Of a DNA stretch of 64,000 nucleotides, positions 48,142 to 58,425 are shown piece by piece; the first letter of the stretch is position 1; each line of letters starts with the position of its first letter. The notes under the pieces are model-generated. The model searched no databases. It was not told the DNA's origin and worked only from the letters and a program-made list of their open reading frames with translations. The position numbers and the translations under genes were made by a program. The stretch is taken from NCBI GenBank assembly GCA_002030045.1, contig LQBI01000034.1, forward strand, positions 41,157 through 105,156, in the 5' to 3' direction. The stretch is from Candidatus Aegiribacteria sp. MLS_C (GTDB lineage: Bacteria > Fermentibacterota > Fermentibacteria > Fermentibacterales > JCC-6).

Positions 48142-49446
48142 ATGAGGATTCTCGCCGTTCTGCTGCTGGCGGGCTTTGCCGCCGGGACGGTCCTTGCCAG
48201 TAACATCGACTACCTCACCAACAGGAGCGTGAGCTACTTCAGGAACTTCGCGCGCAACCCGGCGACGGATGGTGCGGACCTGGTCACATACAACCCTGCC
48301 GGACTGGTTTTCCTCGAGGAGGGTTTCCACGTCAGCTTCGGCAACCAGTTCCTTCTCAAGGACTATACCATAGAGGCGGTGCCCTTCTGGGACACCACCA
48401 CTACCGAGACATACGAGTCCACTGAACCCACGCTCTTCCTGCCCGACCTGTACACCGTGTACAGGACCGCTGACCTGGCAGTCTTCGGCTCCTTCACGGC
48501 ACCCGCCGGAGGGGGCTCCCTGGACTACAAGGAAGGCGTCTACGCCATGTCGCTTATCGAGACCGGGCTGCAGCAGGCGCTGAACATGAACCCCTACTAC
48601 TTCGCAGTAATGGACGGAGGGAACCTGAAGGCCTCCTCACAGTACCTTGCAGGGACCCTGGGCGGTTCATACGCCTTCAGCGACATCTTCTCCATGGGCC
48701 TGGCCGGCCGGTACGTCGCCGGAAAGAGGACATACGAGGGCCAGGCGGACTTCAACATATTCGGCCCGGATTCCACCGGTCAGATAATACCCGTGGGGAC
48801 CTCAAGCAGGATACTGGACGTGGAAAAATCGGCCAGCGGCTTTGGCGGCGTTCTAAGCCTGGACGTTATGCCCACTCCGGACCTGAACGTTGCCCTCAGG
48901 TACGAGACCGCCACCTCCCTGGAGTGGGAGACTACGGTCAAGGAGAACAGCTGGGCGCCCTACTGGCTGCCGGATTCCAGCTTCACCGACGGCTACCAGC
49001 AGCGGAGGGACCTTCCCGCCATAGTCGCCGGCGGTGTGTCCTACAGGTTCTCACCCGCCTTCAAGCTGAGCACTACCTTCAATTACTATCTCGTGGAGGA
49101 TGCCGACCAGGGGGATGACGACGGGCTGGACGACGCCTACGGGAACGGTCTGGATATCGGCCTCGGAATGGACTACCAGGTCTCCCCGAGGATCCTTCTG
49201 GGTCTCGGTTATCTCCACAGCGACCTGGGAGGCAGCGATTCCACCTACACCGACTTCGAGTACAACCTGAGCTACGACGCCATAGGCACAGGGCTCAGGT
49301 ACGCGGTGAACGACAGGTTCGCTCTGAACTTCGGCGCCGGACACAACATCTACCAGGAAGGCAGCGGAGTAGGCCCATTCGAGGACTGCACCTACAGCAA
49401 GTCCGTCTGGTACTTCGGGCTGGGAGCCGAACTCAGCTTCAAGTAG
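48142..49446 (+). CDS. FadL/TodX-family outer-membrane hydrophobic-compound channel
   Basis: Start MRILAVLLLAGFAAGTVLA after GGGAGG. ...DGADLVTYNPAGLVFL... motif; C-terminal ...GLGAELSFK. Confidence 0.8.
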   Translation: MRILAVLLLAGFAAGTVLASNIDYLTNRSVSYFRNFARNPATDGADLVTYNPAGLVFLEEGFHVSFGNQFLLKDYTIEAVPFWDTTTTETYESTEPTLFLPDLYTVYRTADLAVFGSFTAPAGGGSLDYKEGVYAMSLIETGLQQALNMNPYYFAVMDGGNLKASSQYLAGTLGGSYAFSDIFSMGLAGRYVAGKRTYEGQADFNIFGPDSTGQIIPVGTSSRILDVEKSASGFGGVLSLDVMPTPDLNVALRYETATSLEWETTVKENSWAPYWLPDSSFTDGYQQRRDLPAIVAGGVSYRFSPAFKLSTTFNYYLVEDADQGDDDGLDDAYGNGLDIGLGMDYQVSPRILLGLGYLHSDLGGSDSTYTDFEYNLSYDAIGTGLRYAVNDRFALNFGAGHNIYQEGSGVGPFEDCTYSKSVWYFGLGAELSFK

Positions 49447-49580
49447 AGCTGCATGAGTGCGAAGGTGAGGGGGCCGCGTTCAGCGGCCCCCTTCCTGTTA
49501 CATTCTGTTACGGACCCATCACACCCGGTTCCTGTTCCACCCTCAGGATATTCCCGAAGAACGATCCTTGAAGGGAGGAA

Positions 49581-50465
49581 ATGATGAAGACTCTGACAGC
49601 GGTTGCAACGCTGATCCTGCTGGCCGCGGCAGGCTGCGTGCAGGAGCCCGGGACGGCGATGTCGGACACCGAGAACATCCAGGAGCTTCTGCGGAACAGC
49701 GATCTCGCGTCCATGACGCCCCTGGAGGGACAGGGTGAGAGCGGAGGAGGCAGGGACGCCGGGTTCCCGGAGCACTGGTGGAGGTCGCTGACCAGCGAGG
49801 AGCCCATGGATTTCCTGCTGGAGAACGACCCTGCATCGGGCATCTGCACGGTGACGGTCTCAAGGACACTCCAGGCTTCCTTCAATATCGACGTCACCCA
49901 TGACGGGGTATTGAACCCAGGTATCAAGCCCATATCAGACCTGAGGACCAGGCGCGTGATACTCGAGAGGACCGGCGAGGATACGGATCCTCACGGAGGC
50001 TGGGAGCTGACGCACCTGACCCCGGCCGTCTACTCGCTGGACTCGGGGCTGGAGCAGCAGGTTTTCGTACAGTCCATGAGGATCTACGCCGGGGACGAAC
50101 TGATCTGGGAATGCGACTCACCCGGGACATTCTACGCCGTGGAGGACGGGCTGCCCGTGCTGGAACCGGGCACCCTTGTGAGGGTCGAGGCCGAGTTCCT
50201 GCACACATCGCCCCTCTACCAGCCTCCGTTCTACGCCTACGTCCACGGACCCTGTCCCGTATGGCCCCGCCACTGGATGAACGACGAGGGTTTGTGGGGA
50301 GACAGGGTGGCCGGCGACGGCGTACTGTCGTACGAGTGGTACGTGGAGGGAACATCCGACCACTGGTTCGTGGCCGTGGACGTCATAGACGCCGACACAA
50401 TGCTGGACCAGGAGGAGGACGACTACGACTCCGGCGCCTGGGGCATCCCGGCGCTCAAGAACTGA
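49581..50465 (+). CDS. Lipoprotein, hypothetical
   Basis: MMKTLTAVATLILLAAAGC lipobox. Confidence 0.6.
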   Translation: MMKTLTAVATLILLAAAGCVQEPGTAMSDTENIQELLRNSDLASMTPLEGQGESGGGRDAGFPEHWWRSLTSEEPMDFLLENDPASGICTVTVSRTLQASFNIDVTHDGVLNPGIKPISDLRTRRVILERTGEDTDPHGGWELTHLTPAVYSLDSGLEQQVFVQSMRIYAGDELIWECDSPGTFYAVEDGLPVLEPGTLVRVEAEFLHTSPLYQPPFYAYVHGPCPVWPRHWMNDEGLWGDRVAGDGVLSYEWYVEGTSDHWFVAVDVIDADTMLDQEEDDYDSGAWGIPALKN

Positions 50466-50483
50466 AGAAAGGAAGTGATCAGT

Positions 50484-51026
50484 ATGTCTGCAGGAGGAAA
50501 AGTGATCGGTCTGGCAGCGATGGTGCTGCTGCTCGGCGCGGGAACGCTGCTGGCCCAGGGACCGGGAGGTTACGGGGGTATGTCGGGTGGGCCGATGATG
50601 GGTCCCGGAAGCGGCGGAGGACCGCAGGGCGGCCTCGGCATGGAGCACCTGGAGAGGTTCCGCATGATGTTCAGGGGGCTGGACCTCACGGAGGAGCAGG
50701 CCGAGGAGATAAGGTCCATAGTCGGTACCGCAAGGGAGGAAGCCAGGGAACTGATAGAGGCGGCCGGACCAGTGGAGGACGGGGAGAGCTTCATGGATAT
50801 CTTCACCTCTCCCGCGCTGACCGTCAGGGACCTGGAGGAAAGCATTGACCAGATGGACGAGGTCCGCGACCAGGTCAGGGGCATTGTGCTTCAGGCCATC
50901 GTGGACGTCCATGACGTGCTTACGGCCGAACAGCTCCAGAGGCTTGCGGAGATGGCGGATGAGTACGGCCACGGAGCCGGCGGATGGAGCGGTGCCGGAC
51001 CTGGACCGGGCGGAGGTCGCTGGTAG
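50484..51026 (+). CDS. Spy/CpxP-family (LTxxQ) periplasmic chaperone-like protein
   Basis: Signal peptide, Gly-rich linker, and LTEEQ and LTAEQ motifs. Confidence 0.65.
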   Translation: MSAGGKVIGLAAMVLLLGAGTLLAQGPGGYGGMSGGPMMGPGSGGGPQGGLGMEHLERFRMMFRGLDLTEEQAEEIRSIVGTAREEARELIEAAGPVEDGESFMDIFTSPALTVRDLEESIDQMDEVRDQVRGIVLQAIVDVHDVLTAEQLQRLAEMADEYGHGAGGWSGAGPGPGGGRW

Positions 51027-51051
51027 AGCAGGTCTGGAAACACACTCCCCG

Positions 51052-51090
51052 GGGGGAGGGGCGCCACCCCGGCCCCTCCCCCTTCCCTTT
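51052..51090 (+). terminator. Intrinsic terminator-like hairpin
   Basis: GGGGGAGGGGC-9 nt-GCCCCTCCCCC followed by TTCCCTTT. Confidence 0.55.
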
Positions 51091-51326
51091 GCTCCCGCCG
51101 GCCGCGGTATCCATGTTTCCCTCGAGGACGAGGCACCATGTCCTGCGACCACTATCATCCTTTCCAGAGGCATCCATTGACGTTGAATGGGAAGCCGGCC
51201 GCCGCGGAGCAGCGCTTGCGGCAGCCTTCCCTTCGTGCAATACTGCAGGCAGGAAGAAGGGTTTTGATACCGCGGTTTTCCTCCGGGAACGGAGCTGCAT
51301 GCGGGGACCTCCGGGAGGTCGCGGTG
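51091..51326 (+). promoter_or_regulatory. Long structured 5' leader of fhs (unclassified cis-regulatory RNA candidate)
   Basis: 10-bp long-range pairing of 51102-51111 with 51266-51275, an internal GGGAAG.../...CTTCCC helix, and a GACCTCC/GGAGGTC hairpin covering the SD. Confidence 0.3.
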
Positions 51327-53030
51327 ATGAATGTAACGGACATGGAGGACGAAGTGAGTAGTTTCCCTACCAATATCGAGATCGCGAAATCCGTCGTTCC
51401 ACTACCGATGGCGGAGGTGGCGGAGAAGCTGGGGCTCGGGGTCGAGGACCTTGACCTCTACGGAAGCGACAAGGCCAAGGTGCACCTGGAAGCTATCGAG
51501 AAAGGGAACGGGGACCGGGGCAGACTCGTCCTGGTCTCGGCAATGACGCCGACCCCGGCCGGCGAGGGCAAGACAACCACCACCATAGGACTGACACAGG
51601 GGCTGGGCAGGCTGGGCAAGTCCGTATCCTGCGCCATAAGGGAGCCGTCACTCGGACCCATCTTCGGTATCAAGGGAGGCGCGGCGGGAGGAGGCTACTC
51701 ACAGGTTATTCCGATGGAAGACATCAACCTGCACTTCACCGGCGACATGCACGCGATAACCTGTGCCAACAACCTCCTTTCGGCGGCGCTGGACAACCAT
51801 CTGCACCAGGACAACCCCCTGAAGCTGGATCCGAGGACGGTGAGCTTCAGGCGGGTCATGGACATGAACGACCGCTCCCTCAGGGACATCATCATAGGAC
51901 TGGGCGGAAGGACCCAGGGCGTGCCCCGCGAGGAAGGGTTCGATATAACTGCGGCAAGCGAGATAATGGCCATACTCGCACTGTCCACTGACATGAACGA
52001 CCTCAAGGAGAGGCTGAAGAGGATATTCATCGGCCTCACCTACGACAGGGAGCAGGTGGTGGCCGAGGAAATCGGTGTGACCGGCGCAATGGCCATGCTG
52101 CTGAAGGACGCGATCAAGCCGAACCTGGTCCAGACACTGGAGGGAAACCCCGCCTTCGTACACTGCGGACCCTTCGCCAACATTGCCCACGGGTGCAATT
52201 CCATACTGGCCACCAGGATGGCCATCGCCTTCTCCGACTGGGCCATCACCGAGGCCGGTTTCGGGTTCGACCTGGGAGCCGAAAAGTTCTTCGACATAAA
52301 GTGCCGGTACGGGAAGCTCTGCCCCAGCCTGGTTGTTCTCGTGGCGACCTGCAGGGCCCTGAAACTGCATGGAGGAATGAAGAAGAGCCAGCTGACGGAA
52401 GCCAGCACAGAAGCTGTGACGAGGGGGCTGCCCAACATGGAGAAGCACCTGGAGAACATCCGCAAGTTCGGTCTTCCGGCTGTGGTTTGCGTCAACAGGT
52501 TCGCCGGCGATACCGACACCGAGCTGGAAGCGGTCCTGGACAGGTGCCGGGAACTGGGAGTGCCCGCCGCGGTGGGCGACGGCTTCGCCGAGGGCGGCAG
52601 GGGGATGGAGGAGCTGGCATCCCTGGTGGTGGAGAACGCCAGTGACCGCTGCGGGTCGTTCAAACCCCTCTACGACTGGAACTGGAGCGTCGAGGACAAG
52701 ATCGCGAAGGTGGCAAAGGAGATATACGGTGCCGAGTACATAGACTACACACCTCTGGCAAGGAAGGACCTGAGCACCATAACAAGGCTGGGCTACGACA
52801 AACTGCCTGTGTGCATCGCCAAGACGCAGAAGTCGCTGTCGGACAATCCGGCCCTTCTGGGTAGGCCCAAGGATTTCGTCGTGACGGTCAGGGAGATAGA
52901 GATAGCGGCAGGTGCCGGGTTCCTCGTTCCCATCACGGGAAACATCATGCGGATGCCCGGACTTCCCAGGGAACCGGCGGCTAATCACATGGACGTGGAT
53001 GAATCCGGCAACGTGACCGGCCTTTTCTAG
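51327..53030 (+). CDS. fhs: Formate-tetrahydrofolate ligase
   Basis: ...TNIEIAKS..., PTPAGEGKTTTTIGL and ...LVQTLEGNPAFVHCGPFANIAHG... signatures. Start moved to the ATG at 51327. Confidence 0.95.
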   Translation: MNVTDMEDEVSSFPTNIEIAKSVVPLPMAEVAEKLGLGVEDLDLYGSDKAKVHLEAIEKGNGDRGRLVLVSAMTPTPAGEGKTTTTIGLTQGLGRLGKSVSCAIREPSLGPIFGIKGGAAGGGYSQVIPMEDINLHFTGDMHAITCANNLLSAALDNHLHQDNPLKLDPRTVSFRRVMDMNDRSLRDIIIGLGGRTQGVPREEGFDITAASEIMAILALSTDMNDLKERLKRIFIGLTYDREQVVAEEIGVTGAMAMLLKDAIKPNLVQTLEGNPAFVHCGPFANIAHGCNSILATRMAIAFSDWAITEAGFGFDLGAEKFFDIKCRYGKLCPSLVVLVATCRALKLHGGMKKSQLTEASTEAVTRGLPNMEKHLENIRKFGLPAVVCVNRFAGDTDTELEAVLDRCRELGVPAAVGDGFAEGGRGMEELASLVVENASDRCGSFKPLYDWNWSVEDKIAKVAKEIYGAEYIDYTPLARKDLSTITRLGYDKLPVCIAKTQKSLSDNPALLGRPKDFVVTVREIEIAAGAGFLVPITGNIMRMPGLPREPAANHMDVDESGNVTGLF

Positions 53031-53046
53031 GCGGGACCGGAGGTCC

Positions 53047-53880
53047 ATGCCGGGCAGGAAACCCCTGTCATCGTCCGGGCCGCTCCTTTACGGACTATCC
53101 GTCTTCGTTCGAAGGATGGTCCGAAGGCTGCGATGGTCCTTCGGGAATGAACGCTGGGCGCTGTGTGGAAGCATCGACCCCCTTCCCGAACTGGTGGTCG
53201 CCCACAGGTCGATCCTGATCAGGAAACTGGAGGGTACCGACCTGCGGCTTCAGAGTAACAAGACCGCGAGCCTGGGAATAGCGGCACCCCTTGTTGACGG
53301 CACCATACTGGAGCCCGGAGAGACCTTCTCGTTCTGGCGGCTGGTAGGCAGGCCCACGGCGGGGAGGGGGTTCCCTCCCGGGCTCCAGCTGTCCTTCGGC
53401 CGAATGGTGGCCATGACCGGGGGCGGGCTGTGCCAGATGTCGAACCTTCTCCACTGGATGGTGCTCCATACTCCCCTTGAGGTCACCGAACGCCACAGGC
53501 ACAGCTTCGACCCGTTCCCTGACTACCGCAGGACGGTACCCTTCGGCACCGGCGCCACGGTTTTCTACAACTACCTGGACCTGTGCTTCAGGAACGGAAC
53601 GGAACAGAGGTTCCAGGTCAGGGTAGGCCTGGATGATGAGTATCTCACGGGGGAGATAAGGTGCGAAGCACCGCTTCCGGAAGTCTGCCGCATAGAGGAG
53701 AGGGACCACCGTTTCGTCAGGAGGAAGGGAGTCGTCTACAGGGAGAACAGGCTGTGGAGGGTCAGAATGGACCCGAAGACCTCCCGTACAATAGACGAGA
53801 CGCTGATAATGGAAAACTGCGTTGCGGTCAGCTATGACGCAGATGCCGTTCCGGGACTGAAGGTGGAGGAGGAGGACTGA
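53047..53880 (+). CDS. VanW-family protein
   Basis: GETFSFWRLVGRPTAGRGF...GGGLCQMSNLLH is the VanW-domain pattern. Confidence 0.75.
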   Translation: MPGRKPLSSSGPLLYGLSVFVRRMVRRLRWSFGNERWALCGSIDPLPELVVAHRSILIRKLEGTDLRLQSNKTASLGIAAPLVDGTILEPGETFSFWRLVGRPTAGRGFPPGLQLSFGRMVAMTGGGLCQMSNLLHWMVLHTPLEVTERHRHSFDPFPDYRRTVPFGTGATVFYNYLDLCFRNGTEQRFQVRVGLDDEYLTGEIRCEAPLPEVCRIEERDHRFVRRKGVVYRENRLWRVRMDPKTSRTIDETLIMENCVAVSYDADAVPGLKVEEED

Positions 53881-53899
53881 GTCCCCCTCCTCCTCGAGG

Positions 53900-55951
53900 T
53901 CATCTGGCTATTACCATCCTCGTGGCCCCGGTCCCCGAGGGTCCCGCCAGCACAACCGAATAGACACCGGAGGGCAGAGGCGCTCCGGAACCGTCCATGC
54001 CGTCGAAGGATAGGCTTCCCGAACCCTGCGGAAGCATGCCGGAGTGGAGTTCCCGCACAGCCCTGCCGGCCATGTCGAACACGGTCACGGAGAACTCCCC
54101 TGATGCCGGCAGGTCGTAGGCTATGGAGCAGCCGTACCTTGCGGGATTCGGTGCCGGGGAATACAGGATCGGCGCCGCGGGAGCCTGATCATCGCCTTCC
54201 TCGATCCCGGTCTGTCCGGCAATGAAGATAACCGCCGGGTCGCCCAGAAGGTTGTTCTCCTGTGTGACCCAGTCTATCAGCGGCACGGTCACCAGTGACT
54301 GGATCTCGTCCTTGGCGTTGCACTGGATTACGCCTATCTGCGTCACGCCGAACCCGAAAAGCTGCTCCGCGAACTTGATCTCCAGCCATTCGGAGGGCCC
54401 CCTGGCCGGAGGGGTACCCCAGCCGTAGCTGGAATTGAACATCACCGCGATGGCCCCGCCGAAGGGCGAGAGCATGAGCCGCTCGGCTATGCATGCGCCT
54501 TCAGTCAGCTCTCCCGCCATGCAGGCTATGGAGTGGAACACGGTTAGCATGTCGATGTTGTGCATATCCGCGTAGTTGGTGGTGGCCACCATTTCCGTTG
54601 GAGCGTAGTCGTACCAGTAGATGCCGCCCCAGTTCCCGTGGCCATGGACCGAACCGAAGGAGCACCCCTCGTTGATGATGTCTATCTGGTTGTTTGGATG
54701 GCCGTACTCGTCCTCGTAGAGCTTTTCCACGGTCCAGTAGGCGGGAATGTACTCGGCTATGTCCTCGCACACGAAGCTGCCCCAGTAGTCAGGGGGCCAG
54801 AGACCGGCGCCCATGAGCAGGGCCGTGGTCCTCCAGTCGCCCTCCGGGGTCGTGGTCTCGTAGGAGATGGTCTTTTCCACCATGTTCTCCAGGAAGTTCT
54901 CGCTGTCGGAGCAGAACCTGCCCACGTAGAGGTCGCTATAGTAGTTGATGCCGTCCCCGGCCTCGCCGTACTTGTGGTCGCCGTCACCGTCCCAGGTTCC
55001 GTCCAGGTCGATGTAGTAATGGTCGGCGACGTTGTTCAGCACCGTCTGGCCGCTGTTGATGGCGTAGCTGGAGATGCGGGTGGTCTCGCCGTAGTCGCCC
55101 ACAATGAGGGCGTATACCAGGGAATGGTTCTGGAACTGGTCCTTGAGGTAGTTCCTTATTTTCTCCGGAGTATCATACCCCGTGTAGTTTTCGGTTATGT
55201 ACTGCACCGTCACGTACTCGGCCTCGCCAGTGTGGAGGTTCCTGTGGGCAACCAGGGGCTCCAGCACGGAAGCCATGCCGCTGTCCCCTATCGCCACCCA
55301 GACAGGGTCTCCGTCGGTATCCGAACGGGTCGCCGGAGACCAGGCGGAAAGCGCCTCGGGATTCTCTACCATCTGCTCCACAGCCGGCCTGAAAGCGGCG
55401 AGCTGGCGTCCGGTGAGGGAGACGGTCTCCGCCGAGGCGTCATTCGAACAGCGGACGGTGACGTCGGCTGCGGTTATCAGCCGAAGGTCGCCCGAAAGGG
55501 GGTCGTAGACGAAGGGGACCAGTACGAACCCGCCCAGCCTGAAGCCCGACCTGCCGCCGGACCTCCAGGCGCTCACCGGCCTGTCGGGGAATCCCTCCGG
55601 ACTAGAGTACACCGGGGAGGGCGAAGCGGGCTCGAAGGGACGGCTCAGGATGCTGTAGGTCACCGGCGCTATCCTGTAGCTGCCGGGCAGGGCCTCTGAC
55701 CCCAGGACTTCCACCGAGACGTCCTCGATCGAGGTACCCTGAGGGATTACGAAGGTATAAGCCACGCCCTGAAGCGAAGGTTCTCCCTCCCGGAACGGGA
55801 CCACTCCCTCGGGGATGGAGACCACGTCCCAGCCCATCCAGGAGGAGAGTTCCACCTGGTCCGCCTCGATGCTGAAACGGAAGCTGATGTCATCAGCCCC
55901 GGCAGCCGTCGAGAGAGCCAGAAGCGTGAACAGTATCATGTATCTATGCAT
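53900..55951 (-). CDS. Peptidase C25 (gingipain-like) with T9SS-type C-terminal domain
   Basis: Signal peptide, GSVHGHGNWGG (His), FHSIACMAGE (Cys), tail ...VTVFDMAGRAVREL...PSGVYSVV... Confidence 0.8.
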   Translation of the reverse strand: MHRYMILFTLLALSTAAGADDISFRFSIEADQVELSSWMGWDVVSIPEGVVPFREGEPSLQGVAYTFVIPQGTSIEDVSVEVLGSEALPGSYRIAPVTYSILSRPFEPASPSPVYSSPEGFPDRPVSAWRSGGRSGFRLGGFVLVPFVYDPLSGDLRLITAADVTVRCSNDASAETVSLTGRQLAAFRPAVEQMVENPEALSAWSPATRSDTDGDPVWVAIGDSGMASVLEPLVAHRNLHTGEAEYVTVQYITENYTGYDTPEKIRNYLKDQFQNHSLVYALIVGDYGETTRISSYAINSGQTVLNNVADHYYIDLDGTWDGDGDHKYGEAGDGINYYSDLYVGRFCSDSENFLENMVEKTISYETTTPEGDWRTTALLMGAGLWPPDYWGSFVCEDIAEYIPAYWTVEKLYEDEYGHPNNQIDIINEGCSFGSVHGHGNWGGIYWYDYAPTEMVATTNYADMHNIDMLTVFHSIACMAGELTEGACIAERLMLSPFGGAIAVMFNSSYGWGTPPARGPSEWLEIKFAEQLFGFGVTQIGVIQCNAKDEIQSLVTVPLIDWVTQENNLLGDPAVIFIAGQTGIEEGDDQAPAAPILYSPAPNPARYGCSIAYDLPASGEFSVTVFDMAGRAVRELHSGMLPQGSGSLSFDGMDGSGAPLPSGVYSVVLAGPSGTGATRMVIAR

Positions 55952-55954
55952 TGT

Positions 55955-56959
55955 CTACCTTTCATTCCCCCCTGATGCGAGATTCCTCATCTCGCTGTCC
56001 ACCATCTCGTCCACCATCTCCTCGAAGGATATCTCGGGTTCCCAGCCGAGAATGCGCTTCGCCTTAGATGCATCGCCCCTCAGCGCGTCGACCTCGGTGG
56101 GTCTTAAGTACCTTTCATCAACGGTAACGTATTCGTGCCAGTCCAGTTCCAGCCTTCCGAATGCCCTGTCCAGCAGGTCCCGTATGGATTGTGTCCTGCC
56201 GGTGGCCACTACGAAGTCGTCCCCGTGGGGCTGCTGCAGCATCATGTACATGGCCCTCACGAAGTCCCTGGCATGACCCCAGTCCCTCTTGGCGTCCAGG
56301 TTGCCAAGGGGAAGTGTGGACTGCAGCCCCATCTTTATCCTAGCCGCCGCAGCCGCCACCTTCCTGGTCACGAAGTTCCGGCCTCTCCTCGGGGATTCGT
56401 GGTTGAACAGGATTCCGCTGGAGGCGTGAAGACCGTAGCCGGTCCTGTAATTCACCACCATCCAGTGGGAGTAGAGCTTGGCGGCGGCGTAGGGGCTCCT
56501 GGGATGGAAGGGTGTCTCCTCGTTCTGCGGCGGAGGTGAGGAACCGAACATCTCGCTGGTGGAGGCCTGGTAGAACCTGCATTCACCCACCAGACCCACC
56601 TCCCTTATGGCGTCGAGCAGTCTCGCCACGCCCAGGGCGTCCACGTCTGCGGTGTACTCGGGCATGTCGAAGGAGATCCTCACATGGCTCTGGGCCGCCA
56701 GGTTGTAGATCTCCTGGGGACCCACCTTCTCCAGTATCCTGTTCAGGGCGCTGGAGTCGGTCATGTCGCCGTAGTGCAGGAAGAGTCTCTGCCTGTAGAT
56801 CTCCGGGTCCTGAATGAGGTTTTCGATCCTCTCGCGGTTGAAGCTGCTGGACCTCCGCACTATGCCGTGGATCTCGTAGTCCTTCTGCAGGAGCAGTTCC
56901 GCCAGGTAGGAGCCGTCCTGTCCGGTTATACCGGTGATGAGGGCCTTTTTCATCTCCAC
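55955..56959 (-). CDS. gmd: GDP-mannose 4,6-dehydratase
   Basis: [22 protein letters not shown]... and a typical Gmd sequence throughout. Confidence 0.95.
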   Translation of the reverse strand: MEMKKALITGITGQDGSYLAELLLQKDYEIHGIVRRSSSFNRERIENLIQDPEIYRQRLFLHYGDMTDSSALNRILEKVGPQEIYNLAAQSHVRISFDMPEYTADVDALGVARLLDAIREVGLVGECRFYQASTSEMFGSSPPPQNEETPFHPRSPYAAAKLYSHWMVVNYRTGYGLHASSGILFNHESPRRGRNFVTRKVAAAAARIKMGLQSTLPLGNLDAKRDWGHARDFVRAMYMMLQQPHGDDFVVATGRTQSIRDLLDRAFGRLELDWHEYVTVDERYLRPTEVDALRGDASKAKRILGWEPEISFEEMVDEMVDSEMRNLASGGNER

Positions 56960-57247
56960 CTGTCCTTCATGGCCGGCACTGTCCCAAGCTCCTGCGCTGT
57001 CACATGTTGTGGCATAGTCCTGTTTCGCTGCACTGCACCGGAACCTTCCGATCCCGTCGGGACCGTTTCACATGGCAGGATCATCAGTTACCCTTACCAT
57101 AATAACAATACTATCGCGATGGCAGCGTGAAAACCGCCGCTTTGTGCCGGGGGCTTGCACAGCCTTCCCGCCGGGCCTAGAATACTTGACAAGAGCATGT
57201 CCCGCGACTTCCGAACGGCGGTACGATATTGCAGGAGGGAGGGCAGA

Positions 57248-57838
57248 GTGCGGATCGAGCTTCTCCTCATCACACTGGTGTGCATGAGCGTTCAGGCACA
57301 GGAAGGACCGGAGGCCGAAGGGGACGAGCGCGGTTTCACCTTCACCGGCACGGTGACAAGGGGAGAGGACCTGCTGCTGGAGATACCCGGAGGCCTGAAC
57401 TTCTTCCTGGATTTCATAGGGTACGGTCCCGAGGGATGGTCCGTCAGGATCTTCGACCCGGCCAGGCCCGGGGATAATTTCTGTGCCGTGGTCACTCCGC
57501 CCTACAGGGGTATAAACGCTCTGCAGATCTACGCCTGGCACTTCTTCAACGAGGACCGGACCGGACCCAATGACGGGTCGGTTAACGCACCCGGCGAGGA
57601 GAGGCGGTTCTTCTTCGTGACCGATATCCCCTCCTACGACCGGGCTTTCGAACTGCTGTCCACAATGCTCTGGCCCGAAGGACCGGAAGCGGCCGACTCG
57701 GCGGCGGCGGCCCACGACCGGATACTTCGCGAGGAGGGCAGAATAACAATCGGCGAACTGGAAACGGGATGCATTCCCGGCACGGACAGTGTCTGGATCG
57801 AACGGATGGAAATAGAGGTTGAACTTTTCATCCAGTGA
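57248..57838 (+). CDS. Secreted hypothetical protein
   Basis: GTG start after GGAGGGAGGG gives the signal (M)RIELLLITLVCMSVQA. The 287-aa antisense ORF looks like a shadow. Confidence 0.5.
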   Translation: MRIELLLITLVCMSVQAQEGPEAEGDERGFTFTGTVTRGEDLLLEIPGGLNFFLDFIGYGPEGWSVRIFDPARPGDNFCAVVTPPYRGINALQIYAWHFFNEDRTGPNDGSVNAPGEERRFFFVTDIPSYDRAFELLSTMLWPEGPEAADSAAAAHDRILREEGRITIGELETGCIPGTDSVWIERMEIEVELFIQ

Positions 57839-57955
57839 GGATCCGCCGGTTACCGCACTCCGTTCCTCCTGCAGGGCGGCGGAGAACATTTGCAGGTACC
57901 GGAGCACCACGCGCGTCTCAGGTGGCGCCATTCAACAGGGAGGGCATGATCGCAC

Positions 57956-58411
57956 ATGGCTTTCAGAACGCAGATAAACTGGGGAGTGTTCGGGATCTTC
58001 GGATTCCTGATACTCGGTTTCATAATCGCGGGGATCCTCGTCCCATCCGGTGCCGAGACCGACGACGGACATCCTCTGAACATATTCTTCTTCTTCATGG
58101 CCGGGATGTTCTTCCTGAGCACGTTCGGCGTCATCCTGTGGGCCACCCTGTCCAACAGGAGGCGCCAGAGGATCGAGAGCAGCTGGTACGACGCCGAGGC
58201 CCAGATACTGGAAGTCGGCGAAACCGGGACCTACATCAACAACCAGCCCAGGATAAGGTTCAGGCTCCAGGTCAACTCTCCGGTCCATCCACCCTGCGAA
58301 GTGGTCCACAAGCAGGTAATACCGCTCACCGCCCTTGCCCAGTACCAGCCCGGCAGGACGATCACGGTCAAGGTCAACCCTGAGGATCCCGAGGACATCC
58401 TCATTACCTGA
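57956..58411 (+). CDS. DUF3592-like two-TM membrane protein
   Basis: Two TM helices followed by a small beta domain. Confidence 0.5.
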   Translation: MAFRTQINWGVFGIFGFLILGFIIAGILVPSGAETDDGHPLNIFFFFMAGMFFLSTFGVILWATLSNRRRQRIESSWYDAEAQILEVGETGTYINNQPRIRFRLQVNSPVHPPCEVVHKQVIPLTALAQYQPGRTITVKVNPEDPEDILIT

Positions 58412-58425
58412 GAAAGGGGAGGTCT

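Noticed and set aside
51091-51326. ZTP (pfl) or THF riboswitch upstream of fhs
   Set aside because: The conserved GGGUCGUGACUGGCG and CCGCCUGGGC blocks of ZTP elements are not present. Only loose resemblance was found (GACGUUGAAUGGGAAGCC, CCUCCGGGAA). It is kept only as an unclassified structured leader.
57068-57931. 287-aa minus-strand ORF
   Set aside because: The opposite strand (57248-57838) has an RBS, a signal peptide and a protein-like composition. The minus-strand translation is Arg/Pro-rich with no motif.
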